Assembly: GCA_022822785.1 (NCBI GenBank)
Contig: JAJEAL010000013.1
Coordinates: 9,118-73,117 of the forward strand
Direction: 5' to 3'
DNA from: Candidatus Poribacteria bacterium
GTDB lineage: Bacteria > Poribacteria > WGA-4E > PCPOR2b
Length of the DNA: 64,000 nt
Positions 10,384-21,121 of this stretch are shown here, piece after piece; position 1 is the stretch's first letter; every line of letters begins with the position of its first letter. Both the position numbers and the translations under genes were made by a program. The notes beneath the pieces were generated by a model. That model made no database searches, was not told the DNA's origin, and saw only the letters and a list, made by a program, of their open reading frames with translations.

Positions 10384-12942
10384 CTAATGTTCTCTCCCAC
10401 AAAATTCCTTGAGCGCCTCCTTCAACCGTGTTCCGCCCGGTACATACGCCAAAATCAACCCATCAATCACCTGACTCTGATCGGAGACAACCCCGGTCAA
10501 GCGCTCCCCCGTCACTCCCTTGGACAACAGTAGATAGAATGTGTCCTTCTTTAACCCCAACGTTGTAAAGAGATTTCCCTGCCCCTTTGAGATGACAAGG
10601 TCCGCATCAAGGAGGGCGTTTGCAAACTCCCCGGTTGCTTGATGGAGATTGGTGCCAACAGTGTTCGACCCCGATGAGATCAGATGCACATCACCAACGA
10701 CAGTCTGCTCCCGAAGTTTTTGGAATTGCGGATATGCAGTGAGTTCGCACAGATCATCTAGTGTCGCATCGTTAGCTGCGGGTGCTGCTTTGCCAGCGAT
10801 TGTAATCCGGTGCCCACGCTCGACGAGGGATTCCATAAGCCACAGATCAAAAACGGCTTCGCCATCGTTATCAATGAGCCAAACGATGCTTTTCGGTTCA
10901 CTTTCGATTACAGTTGACCGAAACCGGTCAAAACAATCAATCGATAAAGAAGCATGGCTAGCTTCCCGAAGAACGTGGTTGAAGTAATCGGGGGCTTCCC
11001 GGAGTTTCGCTACAACCCTTGTGCTGCTGTAATCGATAATATTGGCGGCTATGACGAGTTTCAGTCGTTCCAACCAATCACAGTCTGAAAATTGGCAAAG
11101 TAGATTAATCGCTGTTTGTCTAGCAGCAAGTTTATCTCGACGATATGGATCTGGGTTACCTGTGCAGAGCGAAACCATTTGAAAAATACTTCCCCAAAGT
11201 TCTTCAGGCGTCAAATCATCAATAATATGAGTACCGTTACCCTGACGCAATTCGAGTAGTTCAGTTACGGCATTTACTGCAGCCCGGCGCAATATCGGGT
11301 TGCGCGTCGCACGTCCGATTACCTCCCGCTCTGAATGCGATCTAACATGCCGGCGTAGATTTTCCCAATCCGGCAGTCCACGTTTTTCGCCAAAGGTAAA
11401 GACACCAGGGTTATAGTCAGGGAGGACTAGTTGATTTAGAAAGACCTGAGAAATCTGGCTTGAGATGGATTGTGTATTCCCTGACGCGTGATACCTGAAC
11501 CTAGCAGGAACGCCTAGCTGTTTATCTCTTATGGAACATTCTGGTGGAATCACTGTTGTCCGTGCTACGACGGATTTGAGGTGCGTTGGAGCCCCTACCT
11601 TCACACCGTCGAGCTGGCTGCTTTCGACGGAGGTGCCGACAGCCAATCCAGCAATCGGTGTAGCGATTTCGGTTGGCAGCAAGTTGGACTCAAAGACTGT
11701 ATTTGTTGCGGTCACATTTTCCAAGCCGACGAGATCGCCGACAGTCGTATTTCCCAAGAGCACAACATTTTCAAGACGACAGTAATTCCCAATCTCCACC
11801 TCACTGCCAAGATGAACACGTCCTAAAAGGTAGCAGCCGTGCCCAATTGTGATGTCATCATCCGCTAATGTGACCTGTGCCGCGGGATCGACCCGCACCC
11901 CTTTCTGGACAAGCTTTTGCTTAGTATCTGCAAACAGGTATTCTTCGCCGGTGAGAACGTTTGACCAACGATTGACGCCAGAGACAATTTCACCTTGATA
12001 GATATAGGCGTTGGTTTTTAAGCCATCCTCGTAGCAGTGGCGGATGAGATCGACATGATGGAGTTCCGACCTGTCACCATGGGGGCGTAGCCGATCGATT
12101 CGTTCCATCGCTGCATCGCGACGAATCAAGGTAATGCCGGTGTTGGTGTAGGCTTCTCCCCGCTTTAATCGACGCCACATCGACTGTTTTTCAGCGTCAG
12201 TCATATCGTACCACTCTTTTGTGCCGATAAACCTGCCCTCACTATCAAAGAATAGCCCCCCTTTGTCGACGACAGTATCTGGCACTTTACCACAGAGGGT
12301 AATATCCGCACCGACGGTAAAATGTGATAGGAGTATGCCCACAAAGATAGATTGATTCAGAAACGGCTCATCGCCAAATGCAACACCGATACACGCTGCG
12401 TCGGACTCGGCAACGAGGGGCAACGCGACCCGTAATGCAGCTCCTGTTCCGTAAGGCTGGTCAGGTTGGACACACAGGATAGCATTTGAACCAAACAGTC
12501 GATCGGTTTCGTCTCGATTAAGTGCTGTAGACGGGATAAGACCACTTGAAGGGATGTCTGTTTTCGCCACGCGCTCCGCCATCTGGGAGTTGACGACAAT
12601 GATATGCGCCCGGCTCCCCGGCAGGTAGCTTCGGGATAGTTGCAAAGTATTCTGTCCACCGAACCACAAATCCAAGTTTTTATTTAGGCGACTGGATGGA
12701 TCGATGCGGGTGCCCTTACCGGCTGCGAGGATAACCCATTGCGGATCAATTTGTCGAGACAGATGTTCAAAATCCGCTTGCCCAAGGTTTAGCTGACTAC
12801 CGATTCGGTCTGCGACAGCATGGAGGAATCGCAGCACCAATTTTTCAGATTCCACTTTATCTGAAATGCCGGTTAATTCAGAAAGATTGCAACGCAAAAC
12901 TGTTTCGACTGTTTGGCGAAGGCTATCAAGATGACTATTCAT
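10384..12942 (-). CDS. Fusion: GlmU-like nucleotidyltransferase + short left-handed beta-helix + DUF89/ARMT1-like phosphatase
   Basis: LAAGKGTR, Q..QPYGTG, GDEPFL, NTGI, GVN, hexapeptide-like repeats; then DPYRRDK, AANIIDY, DNDGEAVFD, NDAT, ADLVISKGQGN. Confidence 0.8.
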   Translation of the reverse strand: MNSHLDSLRQTVETVLRCNLSELTGISDKVESEKLVLRFLHAVADRIGSQLNLGQADFEHLSRQIDPQWVILAAGKGTRIDPSSRLNKNLDLWFGGQNTLQLSRSYLPGSRAHIIVVNSQMAERVAKTDIPSSGLIPSTALNRDETDRLFGSNAILCVQPDQPYGTGAALRVALPLVAESDAACIGVAFGDEPFLNQSIFVGILLSHFTVGADITLCGKVPDTVVDKGGLFFDSEGRFIGTKEWYDMTDAEKQSMWRRLKRGEAYTNTGITLIRRDAAMERIDRLRPHGDRSELHHVDLIRHCYEDGLKTNAYIYQGEIVSGVNRWSNVLTGEEYLFADTKQKLVQKGVRVDPAAQVTLADDDITIGHGCYLLGRVHLGSEVEIGNYCRLENVVLLGNTTVGDLVGLENVTATNTVFESNLLPTEIATPIAGLAVGTSVESSQLDGVKVGAPTHLKSVVARTTVIPPECSIRDKQLGVPARFRYHASGNTQSISSQISQVFLNQLVLPDYNPGVFTFGEKRGLPDWENLRRHVRSHSEREVIGRATRNPILRRAAVNAVTELLELRQGNGTHIIDDLTPEELWGSIFQMVSLCTGNPDPYRRDKLAARQTAINLLCQFSDCDWLERLKLVIAANIIDYSSTRVVAKLREAPDYFNHVLREASHASLSIDCFDRFRSTVIESEPKSIVWLIDNDGEAVFDLWLMESLVERGHRITIAGKAAPAANDATLDDLCELTAYPQFQKLREQTVVGDVHLISSGSNTVGTNLHQATGEFANALLDADLVISKGQGNLFTTLGLKKDTFYLLLSKGVTGERLTGVVSDQSQVIDGLILAYVPGGTRLKEALKEFCGREH

Positions 12943-13090
12943 CCGAGGAATTCTATCTGGCTTTTTGCAAAAGTACGAGGAAAATTGTGGGGATTGAACG
13001 GTGGTCTGGTACAGAAATCAGTGGTCGTTCATAGAATAAACATTGTGTAGGTACATTCTTTTGGGATGTTGATAGGAGATGCAGTGAGGA

Positions 13091-13158
13091 AACCGGATTC
13101 AAAAACCCGGTTGTTACAGATTACGGCGGGGTTGCCTTTCAGAAAACCCCGCCGTAAT
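13091..13158. repeat. Two adjacent inverted repeats downstream of ALDH (terminator or REP-like)
   Basis: AACCGG..CCGGTT (13091-13112) and a perfect 14-bp stem ATTACGGCGGGGTT/AACCCCGCCGTAAT (13120-13158). Confidence 0.6.
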
Positions 13159-13197
13159 GTACGAATACATCGGAGGGAGTACACCGTATTTTACACC

Positions 13198-14616
13198 TTA
13201 TTCACTCAGATGGAAAATCGCCATCTTCGTCTCGGTCATCTCCTCGACAGCGTACTTCGGACCTTCTTTACCCATGCCGCTCTCTTTCACGCCGCCATAG
13301 GGCATGAGGTCTGCTCGCCACTGCGTTCCCCAATTGACCATTAGGTTACCGGAGTCAACTTCACGCACAAACCGCATCGCCCAGTCAATGTTTTCGGTGA
13401 AGATTGCTGCACTCAATCCGTAGTTGGTATCATTGGCAAGAGCGATAGCATCGTCAATGTTTGAAACCTTTGTCACACCCACAACAGGTCCAAAGATTTC
13501 ATCGCATGAAATCTTCATCTCCGGCGCGACGTTGGCGACGAGTGTCGGAGCATAGATCTGACCATTTCTTTCGCCACCGGTGAGGAGCTCTGCACCACTA
13601 CTGACGGCCTCATCGACCCACTCACCAACACGGACAGCGTCATCTTCACGAATCATCGGCCCCATTTTGGTCGGTTCATCAAGGGGATTCCCTGTGGAGA
13701 TATCTTCAACAGTTGATTTGAAAGCATCAAGAAAATCGCCGTAGATATCCTGATGGGCAATGACCCGTTGTGTTGAGATACAAACCTGACCCGCATTAGA
13801 ATAACCGGATAATGCTGCAGCTGCGGCAACCTTCTCGGGATCGGCGTCCGGCATAACAATTAACGGAGAGTTAGATCCCAGTTCCATCGTTACACGTTTG
13901 AGTCCGGCGACCTTGCAGATATGCTCTCCGACATCACGGCTACCGGTGAACGTAATCTTTCGGACCCGCTTATCCTCACAGAGCCCATCACCAATCACAC
14001 TGCCTGATCCGGTCAGACATTGAATAGCCTCCGGCGGTGTGCCCGCTTCAAGGAAGAGCTCAACTAGTTTCAATGCCGATAGCGGTGTGTCTGTAGCAGG
14101 TTTAACAATAATTGCGTTTCCTGCCGCGAGTGCGGGCCCCACTTTGTGACAAACCAAGTGGAGCGGGAAGTTAAACGGACTAATTCCAACAACAATGCCA
14201 CAAGGCACTCGAACGGTAAAACCTAGTTTCCCCTTAACACCGGGGCCGCCTTCAAGCGGGATTACTTCACCGTAGAGCCGCTTAGCTTCTTCCGCAGAGA
14301 GCGCGATAATCTCAGCTGCGCGTCCAGCTTCCATTGTTGCCTCTGCGAGAATTTTTCCTTCCTCCAACGTAATGATTCGAGCGAGTTCATCAGTACGCTC
14401 TGCCATCATTTCGGAGACCTTGTGAATAATTTCATAGCGTTCGTAACCGGTCATTTTCGCCATGATTTTTGCGCCGCGTTCGGCGGTCTTGAGCGCGGTT
14501 TCGACATCATCGTGATCACCTCTGGGAATGGTGTCAACAACAGAACCGTCAAAAGGATTCAGAACTTCAATTTTCTGCGGCTTGTCAACCCATTCTCCGC
14601 CGATATGCATTCTCAT
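13198..14616 (-). CDS. NAD(P)-dependent aldehyde dehydrogenase
   Basis: ISPFNFP, VKPA, FTGS, MELG, GQVCIS catalytic Cys, EIFGP, PYGGVKESG. Confidence 0.95.
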   Translation of the reverse strand: MRMHIGGEWVDKPQKIEVLNPFDGSVVDTIPRGDHDDVETALKTAERGAKIMAKMTGYERYEIIHKVSEMMAERTDELARIITLEEGKILAEATMEAGRAAEIIALSAEEAKRLYGEVIPLEGGPGVKGKLGFTVRVPCGIVVGISPFNFPLHLVCHKVGPALAAGNAIIVKPATDTPLSALKLVELFLEAGTPPEAIQCLTGSGSVIGDGLCEDKRVRKITFTGSRDVGEHICKVAGLKRVTMELGSNSPLIVMPDADPEKVAAAAALSGYSNAGQVCISTQRVIAHQDIYGDFLDAFKSTVEDISTGNPLDEPTKMGPMIREDDAVRVGEWVDEAVSSGAELLTGGERNGQIYAPTLVANVAPEMKISCDEIFGPVVGVTKVSNIDDAIALANDTNYGLSAAIFTENIDWAMRFVREVDSGNLMVNWGTQWRADLMPYGGVKESGMGKEGPKYAVEEMTETKMAIFHLSE

Positions 14617-14683
14617 TGATTTTGACCTCCATTGAAATAAATTGGTAAACCGTCAATTAAAAATTTGTAAGTTCCTCAAATTG

Positions 14684-14712
14684 AAGCTACCATCTCTCAT
14701 CGAAATTGTCAA
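14684..14712 (-). promoter_or_regulatory. Sigma70-type promoter for ALDH
   Basis: Minus strand TTGACA-17 bp-TAGCTT. Confidence 0.55.
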
Positions 14713-14822
14713 TCGGAATTTATCGTTCCGCTGGGTATTTTCACTTGACCCGTCTGGCAGAATTAAGGTAAAGTATAACATATTCTTTGCTCAAATGACA
14801 GATTTGACTTGAGGAAAAACGC

Positions 14823-15638
14823 ATGAAATCTCTGGGCTGCAGCACAATTTTATACGGAGGATTCAATTTAGAACAGACGCTCAACAGCATTGCGAAAGCT
14901 GGGTATAAGGCGATTGAGCTCTGCGCACGTCCCGGGATGGCGCCCCATCTGGAAATTGGCAGACCGGCTTCATACTACAGGGAGATCAGCACGAGAGTCG
15001 CTTCGTACGGTTTGGCAATTGAATCCATCGCAGGAACTGGTGGAATTGGGCTGGATAACCCTGAATTTGACACGGTAATCGAAGCAGCACAACAGGTTGG
15101 CGCATCGGTAATCGCCGAAGGAACAGGCGGGAAGTCCGATGATGAGGAGAGTTTCAAACAGGTAGTGGAGTTGATTAAGGCGACCAGCACCCGGACCTCA
15201 CAAGCTGGCATTAAGCTGAGTCTGAAACCGCATGTCAATAATGCAGTGTATTCAACGGAAACGGCGTTACGCTTTATGCGGGAGGTCGACCGTCAGTGGG
15301 TAGGGCTGAATTTTGATGCAAGCCACATTTGGCGGACAGCTGCTGCTGAGGATCCGGTGGAATCGCTCCAGCAGCTGAAAGATTACATTGCTACGCTGCG
15401 TATCCGTGACAATCGCGAGAGCCGTGAGACTCCGATAGGTCCTGTTGAGACACAGATTCCCGGCAAAGGGGGTATGGATCTTCCTGCACTCGCCGCTGTT
15501 ATGAATACAATGGACCATGTACCTTATGTAACACTGGAGATTGTTGGCACACATGGGGGGACGGATACACCACTTGCTGAAGTCCAACGGGTTGTAGAGG
15601 AATCAATAAAGTATTTGAGACCATTTTTCGTTGCGTAG
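14823..15638 (+). CDS. Sugar phosphate isomerase/epimerase (AP-endonuclease-2 TIM barrel)
   Basis: GYKAIEL, GLNFDASH, IRD, PGKGGMD, VTLEI. Confidence 0.8.
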   Translation: MKSLGCSTILYGGFNLEQTLNSIAKAGYKAIELCARPGMAPHLEIGRPASYYREISTRVASYGLAIESIAGTGGIGLDNPEFDTVIEAAQQVGASVIAEGTGGKSDDEESFKQVVELIKATSTRTSQAGIKLSLKPHVNNAVYSTETALRFMREVDRQWVGLNFDASHIWRTAAAEDPVESLQQLKDYIATLRIRDNRESRETPIGPVETQIPGKGGMDLPALAAVMNTMDHVPYVTLEIVGTHGGTDTPLAEVQRVVEESIKYLRPFFVA

Positions 15639-15669
15639 GAGTTTGCCCAGCAGCCTCGGAGGGAGTCAA

Positions 15670-15999
15670 ATGGCTGAAGTCGAAACAAACGTAACCTTAC
15701 AACGCATTAAGGAAATTGCCGATCAGATTGTGGAACGCTCCCATCCACAGAAGATAATTCTGTTTGGTTCTTACGCTTACGGCACAGCAACGGTGGACAG
15801 TGATGTGGATCTGCTGGTAATGATGGATACAGAAGAAAAACCACTCCATGTCGCAGCGGAAATTGCTGCAGCTATTGACCATCCCTTTCCGCTGGACATT
15901 GTCGTACGCACGCCCACCGACTGGAATGCTTCTCTGAAACGCAAAGGAATCTTTGCCACAGAGGTTATGGCGAAAGGGATTGTCTTGTATGAAGCCTGA
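15670..15999 (+). CDS. Minimal nucleotidyltransferase (MNT) antitoxin
   Basis: ILFGSYAYG...DSDVDLLV motif; 109 aa; overlaps the HEPN gene. Confidence 0.9.
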   Translation: MAEVETNVTLQRIKEIADQIVERSHPQKIILFGSYAYGTATVDSDVDLLVMMDTEEKPLHVAAEIAAAIDHPFPLDIVVRTPTDWNASLKRKGIFATEVMAKGIVLYEA

Positions 16000-16375
16000 G
16001 ACGCAGGAGGGGATTGAGAAAGCCGAAGGCGACAGGAAGGTTGCGCGACGGGAGATTCAAACCGTCCATCCTGTCTGGAATGTTGTGTGCTTTCTTGCAC
16101 AACAGTGTGCAGAAAAATACCTGAAAGGATTCTTGGAAGAACATAGCATTGCCTTTCAGAAGACTCATGATCTTCTGGTTCTGCTCAATTTAAGTGGAGG
16201 ACCGATTTCAGAACTGGACTCATTGAGACTGCAATTGGCACATCTCAGTACTTTCGGCATTGCAACCCGCTATCCGGGAACACAGGCGGATAAGCAAGCA
16301 GCAGAAAATGCTATCCAAACAACAGAGACAGTACGCACGGTGGTCAGAACAAAGTTAGGACTTTCAGACGGCTAA
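15989..16375 (+). CDS. HEPN domain protein (MNT-HEPN TA pair)
   Basis: CFLAQQCAEKYLKG, KTHDL, RYP motifs. Confidence 0.9.
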   Translation: MKPETQEGIEKAEGDRKVARREIQTVHPVWNVVCFLAQQCAEKYLKGFLEEHSIAFQKTHDLLVLLNLSGGPISELDSLRLQLAHLSTFGIATRYPGTQADKQAAENAIQTTETVRTVVRTKLGLSDG

Positions 16376-16459
16376 TCGTTGAATTCAATCATCATAAATC
16401 GCTTATCAAAAGCGGTTTCAATTCAGCTTGCTTCAGTTAACTCTTACGGAGACACGACA

Positions 16460-17185
16460 ATGCGTTTAAGCGATGAACAGATTCATCAATATCAAGAAAC
16501 TGGTTTTTTTGTGGTGCCGGGGCTTTTTGATACGGCAACGGCGCAGCAGATGATCCAGCACTACATGAAGCGACGTGCTGAGGGACCCAAATTAGGAGAC
16601 AGCGGTGGCACAACGGATCATCCAGAAGATCCGAATCATCAATACCCCCGAATGATCAATATGCACAACTGGGATACCTTGACCGGTGAATGGGCAATGC
16701 AGGACACGCTGTTAGGAATTGTCGAACAACTAATCGATGATAAGCCTGTACTTCGGCAGACAATGCTCTATTTTAAGCCGCCGGGAGGCAGAGGGCAGGC
16801 ACTCCATCAAGATGAGCAGTACATTACCACTGACCCGTTGATTGGTGTGTGGATTGCGTTGGATCAATCGGATAGATCTGTTGGGCAGATGGTAGTTGTC
16901 CCCGGTTCACATAAACGCGGATTGTTACAGGTAGAGGCTGCAAATACGGCAATTTCATTCACTGATGTACAATCGGTGATGCCGGACGGCGTTGAGGAGT
17001 TTTATGTGGATATGGAGCCGGGAGACGCACTATTTTTCGATGGTAAGACTATCCACGGTTCGTATATGAACGAAACTCACGATCGCTGGCGACGGAGTTT
17101 CATCTGCCACTACATCGGCGAACATGCCAAAGATTTTGAACCGCCACCAGGAAGGCATGTCTCACATTTAGAGCGCGATGCGTAA
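16460..17185 (+). CDS. Phytanoyl-CoA dioxygenase (PhyH) family Fe(II)/2OG enzyme
   Basis: LHQD, VWIALD, VVPGSH, GDALFF..IHGS, RRS. Confidence 0.9.
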   Translation: MRLSDEQIHQYQETGFFVVPGLFDTATAQQMIQHYMKRRAEGPKLGDSGGTTDHPEDPNHQYPRMINMHNWDTLTGEWAMQDTLLGIVEQLIDDKPVLRQTMLYFKPPGGRGQALHQDEQYITTDPLIGVWIALDQSDRSVGQMVVVPGSHKRGLLQVEAANTAISFTDVQSVMPDGVEEFYVDMEPGDALFFDGKTIHGSYMNETHDRWRRSFICHYIGEHAKDFEPPPGRHVSHLERDA

Positions 17186-17231
17186 GCACTACACTTTTTT
17201 GAAGCTACAGTTATCATGTCGGAGAAGATAA

Positions 17232-18404
17232 ATGAACGTACACGAATATCAAGCGAAACAGATTCTACAAGCACATGGGGTAAACGTTCAACGCGGCGAA
17301 GTGGCCTTCACCTCTGATGAAGCAGAGACGATTGCTCGGGAATTGAATTGCCCACTGTATATCGTCAAAGCACAAATCCACGCAGGCGGGCGGGGAAAGG
17401 GAGGCGGCGTTAAGCTGGCAAAGACCCCCGAAGAGGTGAAGGAACATGCAGATGCCATCCTTGGTATGCAGCTGGTTACCCCCCAAACAGGACCTGAGGG
17501 CAAGCTAGTCCGCAAGGTGTTGGTTGCTGAAGCTAGCGATATTGAAAGAGAACTATACCTCGGTATGGTGATTGATCGGACGGACTCACGACTAGTCGTA
17601 ATGGCCAGCGAAGAGGGCGGCGTAGATATTGAGGAAGTCGCCGCGACTCATCCTGAGAAGATTCTCAAGCAAACTATTGATCCAGCGATTGGCTTGCCTC
17701 CTTTCCAAGCGCGGACACTCGCCTACGACCTGAATATCCCACGCGAATTGGTCAACAAGGCAGCGGATTTGATGATTGGCTTGTACAATGCCTTTGTCGG
17801 TTCCGACTGCTCGCTTGCCGAGATCAACCCACTCGCCATCACGAAGACCGATGAGGGGCAGGATATAGTTGCCCTTGATGCCAAACTCAATTTCGATGAC
17901 AACGCACTTTGGCAGCATGAAGCAATTAGCGCCATGCGGGATCCAAACGAAGAGGATGCCCGTGAACTTGAAGCAGGAGAGTCGGGCTTGAGCTATATCA
18001 GTCTCGACGGAAATATCGGGTGTATGGTCAATGGAGCGGGGCTTGCGATGGCGACGATGGATCTCATCCAGCTGCACGGCGGGGAGCCCGCAAATTTCCT
18101 TGATGTCGGTGGCGGTGCGACAACGGAAACCGTTACGCATGCTTTTCGTCTCATTCTTGCAGACGAAAAGGTGCAGGCGGTCCTCGTCAACATATTTGGT
18201 GGTATCATGCAGTGCGACGTAATCGCTAACGGGATTATTGAAGCGGTTAAGCAGGTGGATTTGACAGTTCCGTTAGTTGTACGCTTGGAAGGAACAAATG
18301 TGGAATTGGGAAAGCAGATTCTTGCTGATTCCGGCTTGAACCTGATTGCCGCTGACGGACTTTCGGGGGCAGCACAAAAAGCGGTACAAGCGGTAGCGAA
18401 CTAA
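17232..18404 (+). CDS. sucC: Succinyl-CoA ligase beta subunit
   Basis: [56 protein letters not shown]. Confidence 0.97.
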   Translation: MNVHEYQAKQILQAHGVNVQRGEVAFTSDEAETIARELNCPLYIVKAQIHAGGRGKGGGVKLAKTPEEVKEHADAILGMQLVTPQTGPEGKLVRKVLVAEASDIERELYLGMVIDRTDSRLVVMASEEGGVDIEEVAATHPEKILKQTIDPAIGLPPFQARTLAYDLNIPRELVNKAADLMIGLYNAFVGSDCSLAEINPLAITKTDEGQDIVALDAKLNFDDNALWQHEAISAMRDPNEEDARELEAGESGLSYISLDGNIGCMVNGAGLAMATMDLIQLHGGEPANFLDVGGGATTETVTHAFRLILADEKVQAVLVNIFGGIMQCDVIANGIIEAVKQVDLTVPLVVRLEGTNVELGKQILADSGLNLIAADGLSGAAQKAVQAVAN

Positions 18405-18520
18405 GTTCAACATTTACATCTTTATGCCTATGAGCGTTTGTATCCCGATCCATTGGGAACTTCACTAACTGTCACATTCATGAGACATAACCGTGGCAGA
18501 AGTCACAGAGATGCACGCCG

Positions 18521-19729
18521 TTGATAGGAAAATGGATGACAGACAAACTCGGACTACACGATTTAGATGTTGCAGGCAAGCGGGTTTTAGTGCGTGTTGA
18601 TTTCAATGTACCGATGGATGGGAAGCAAATAACTGATGATACACGCATCCGTGCATCCCTTCCCACGGTTTTGGAGCTTATCCGGGGCGGCGCAAGAATT
18701 ATCTTGGCTACGCACCTCGGACGTCCCAAAGGTTTCGATCCGATTTTATCCACAGAACCGCTCGCGGTCGCCCTCAGCAAATTGCTGGGGCAACGGGTTA
18801 GGCATGTAGTTGATTGTGTCGGAGTTGAGGTCGAGGGCGTTGTTTCCGAACTCCGTGTGGGGGAGGTGCTGCTGCTTGAAAACGTCCGTTTCTATGAAGA
18901 AGAAACGAAGAATGACGCAGAATTTGCGACAAAACTCGCATCTCTCGCGGATCTCTATGTCAACGACGCTTTTGGCGCGGCGCACCGTGCACACGCTTCA
19001 ACTGAAGGGGTAACGCACTATTTCGATCAGTGCGCTGCGGGCTTGCTGATGGAAAGGGAAATTGATCATCTCGGCGGAGCACTTCGCAATCCAGCGCGTC
19101 CCTTTGTTGCGATTCTTGGTGGTGCAAAGATTTCGGACAAAATCGACGTGATTGAGAACCTTCTCGACAAGGTCGATCAATTCATCATTGGCGGTGGTAT
19201 GGCGTATACCTTCCTCAAAGCACAGGGATTGCCGATTGGAAATTCAATTGTGGAGCTCGATAAGATTAACTTAGCGCATGAGTTGCTACAGAAAGCGTCG
19301 GACCGGAATCTAACCATCCATCTTCCGCAAGACCATATCGTTGGTAGGGAATTTGATCGGAATACCGAATTACAAGTTATTTCTAGTCAGGAGATCCCCG
19401 ACGGTTGGAGCGGTTTTGATATTGGTCCCGAAACTGTCGCAAAATTCAGTGAAATTATCAACACGGCAAAAACGATTATCTGGAACGGCCCGTTGGGGGT
19501 TTATGAGTTTGAACCGTTTGCGGAAGGTACGCTTGAGATCGCGAGACGGGTTGCTGAATCGGAAGCTGTTAGCATCGTTGGAGGAGGGGACTGTGTCGCT
19601 GCAGTGCATCAAGCGGGCGTCGCGGATCGGATAACACATATCTCTACCGGCGGCGGCGCATCATTGGAATTTCTTGAAGGAAAACAGTTACCCGGGATTG
19701 AAGCATTGACAGACAAGGTTGGTCAATGA
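18521..19729 (+). CDS. pgk: Phosphoglycerate kinase (start possibly 18533)
   Basis: [54 protein letters not shown]. Confidence 0.97.
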   Translation: MIGKWMTDKLGLHDLDVAGKRVLVRVDFNVPMDGKQITDDTRIRASLPTVLELIRGGARIILATHLGRPKGFDPILSTEPLAVALSKLLGQRVRHVVDCVGVEVEGVVSELRVGEVLLLENVRFYEEETKNDAEFATKLASLADLYVNDAFGAAHRAHASTEGVTHYFDQCAAGLLMEREIDHLGGALRNPARPFVAILGGAKISDKIDVIENLLDKVDQFIIGGGMAYTFLKAQGLPIGNSIVELDKINLAHELLQKASDRNLTIHLPQDHIVGREFDRNTELQVISSQEIPDGWSGFDIGPETVAKFSEIINTAKTIIWNGPLGVYEFEPFAEGTLEIARRVAESEAVSIVGGGDCVAAVHQAGVADRITHISTGGGASLEFLEGKQLPGIEALTDKVGQ

Positions 19730-19782
19730 AGATCTATTCTTCACATACACCTTAAAATCTGGCGAACAACAAGGAAGCTAAG

Positions 19783-21069
19783 ATGATAACGTACTTGATA
19801 CGCGTGATGATTATCGCATGTGTGGGATTGATTCCTCTGATTGGATGCTCAGGTGAAGAAGATGTATCTCCTGAAGATGAAAATCTTGAAATGTCTCTGG
19901 AAGAAGAGACCCCAGAGGTCGCTGATGGGTGTGCAATTTTAGGAAAGCCTGCTGATTTCACCGATAATGCGCTGTCCGATGCCAATGCAAAGTTTGGTTT
20001 TAAGCTACTCAGCGAACTCTATAATCAAAAACCCAACAACAACGTTTTTATCTCCCCGTTAAGTATTTCAATTGCCTTGACAATGACCTACAATGGCGCT
20101 TTAGGGAAAACAAAACAAGCAATGGAAAAGACGCTAGAAATCGAGGGGATGGAGCTGCAGGCGGTCAACCAAGCTAACGCACAGTTACGAGAAATCCTCA
20201 AGAGCGCAGATCCCCAGATTGAACTTGCCATTGCCAACTCGATCTGGATACGGAACACATTTGATGAAGTAAATCCCGATTTCCTTGACCGAAATGACAG
20301 ATTCTTTGGCGCAGAGATTGCTTCGTTTGATTTTGACGATCCGCAAACAGTAGAGACCATCAACCAATGGGTCAACACAAACACACAGGGTAAAATCACG
20401 GAAATTCTGGGCAAAATTGAGAATCACGAAGTTATGTTCCTGATTAATGCGATCTATTTTAAGGGGGGCTGGAAAGGAAAATTCGACGCATCAAAAACAC
20501 AGGATGGCGTTTTCCATCTGTTGGATGGCGGTGAGAAGCAGTTGCCAATGATGTCCCATACCTGCAATTATTCGTATCTTCGGACAGAAAGCTTTCGAGC
20601 TGTTGGCTTACCTTACGGGGAAGGGCGAGTGAGCATGTATATTTTCCTGCCGGAGCCTTCTTCCAATCTTGATGATTTTCTTGAGGAGCTAAACGCCGAG
20701 AACTGGGAGAACTGGCTGTCGCGATTTTGGAATGAACCGGATTTGAAACTGACAATGCCTCGATTTAGACTAGAGTATGAAATGCTTCTCAATAACGCGC
20801 TCAAAGCACTCGGCATGGAAATTGCTTTTGTTCCGTTCGTAGCCAATCTTGAAGGCATTGCGCCTCTTCTGTACATTGAAAAAGTTATACACAAAACTTT
20901 TTTGGAGGTCAACGAAGAAGGCACCGAAGCTGCTGCTGTAACGTTGGTTGGTCCGCCACCAGCGAGCAGTCCGCAGCCCTTTGCTGTAAATCGTCCCTTC
21001 TTCTTCACTATTCATGATAATTGGACGAACACAATACTGTTCATGGGAATTATCGTCGAACCGATGTAG
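19783..21069 (+). CDS. Serpin lipoprotein 1
   Basis: LIGC lipobox; FISPLSI, NAIYFKG, EEGTEAAA hinge, NRPFFF, LFMG. Confidence 0.93.
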   Translation: MITYLIRVMIIACVGLIPLIGCSGEEDVSPEDENLEMSLEEETPEVADGCAILGKPADFTDNALSDANAKFGFKLLSELYNQKPNNNVFISPLSISIALTMTYNGALGKTKQAMEKTLEIEGMELQAVNQANAQLREILKSADPQIELAIANSIWIRNTFDEVNPDFLDRNDRFFGAEIASFDFDDPQTVETINQWVNTNTQGKITEILGKIENHEVMFLINAIYFKGGWKGKFDASKTQDGVFHLLDGGEKQLPMMSHTCNYSYLRTESFRAVGLPYGEGRVSMYIFLPEPSSNLDDFLEELNAENWENWLSRFWNEPDLKLTMPRFRLEYEMLLNNALKALGMEIAFVPFVANLEGIAPLLYIEKVIHKTFLEVNEEGTEAAAVTLVGPPPASSPQPFAVNRPFFFTIHDNWTNTILFMGIIVEPM

Positions 21070-21121
21070 ATTGCCAAACTTCGTCAATGGATTATAGAGG
21101 GCATTACATAAGGAAGAGGAC

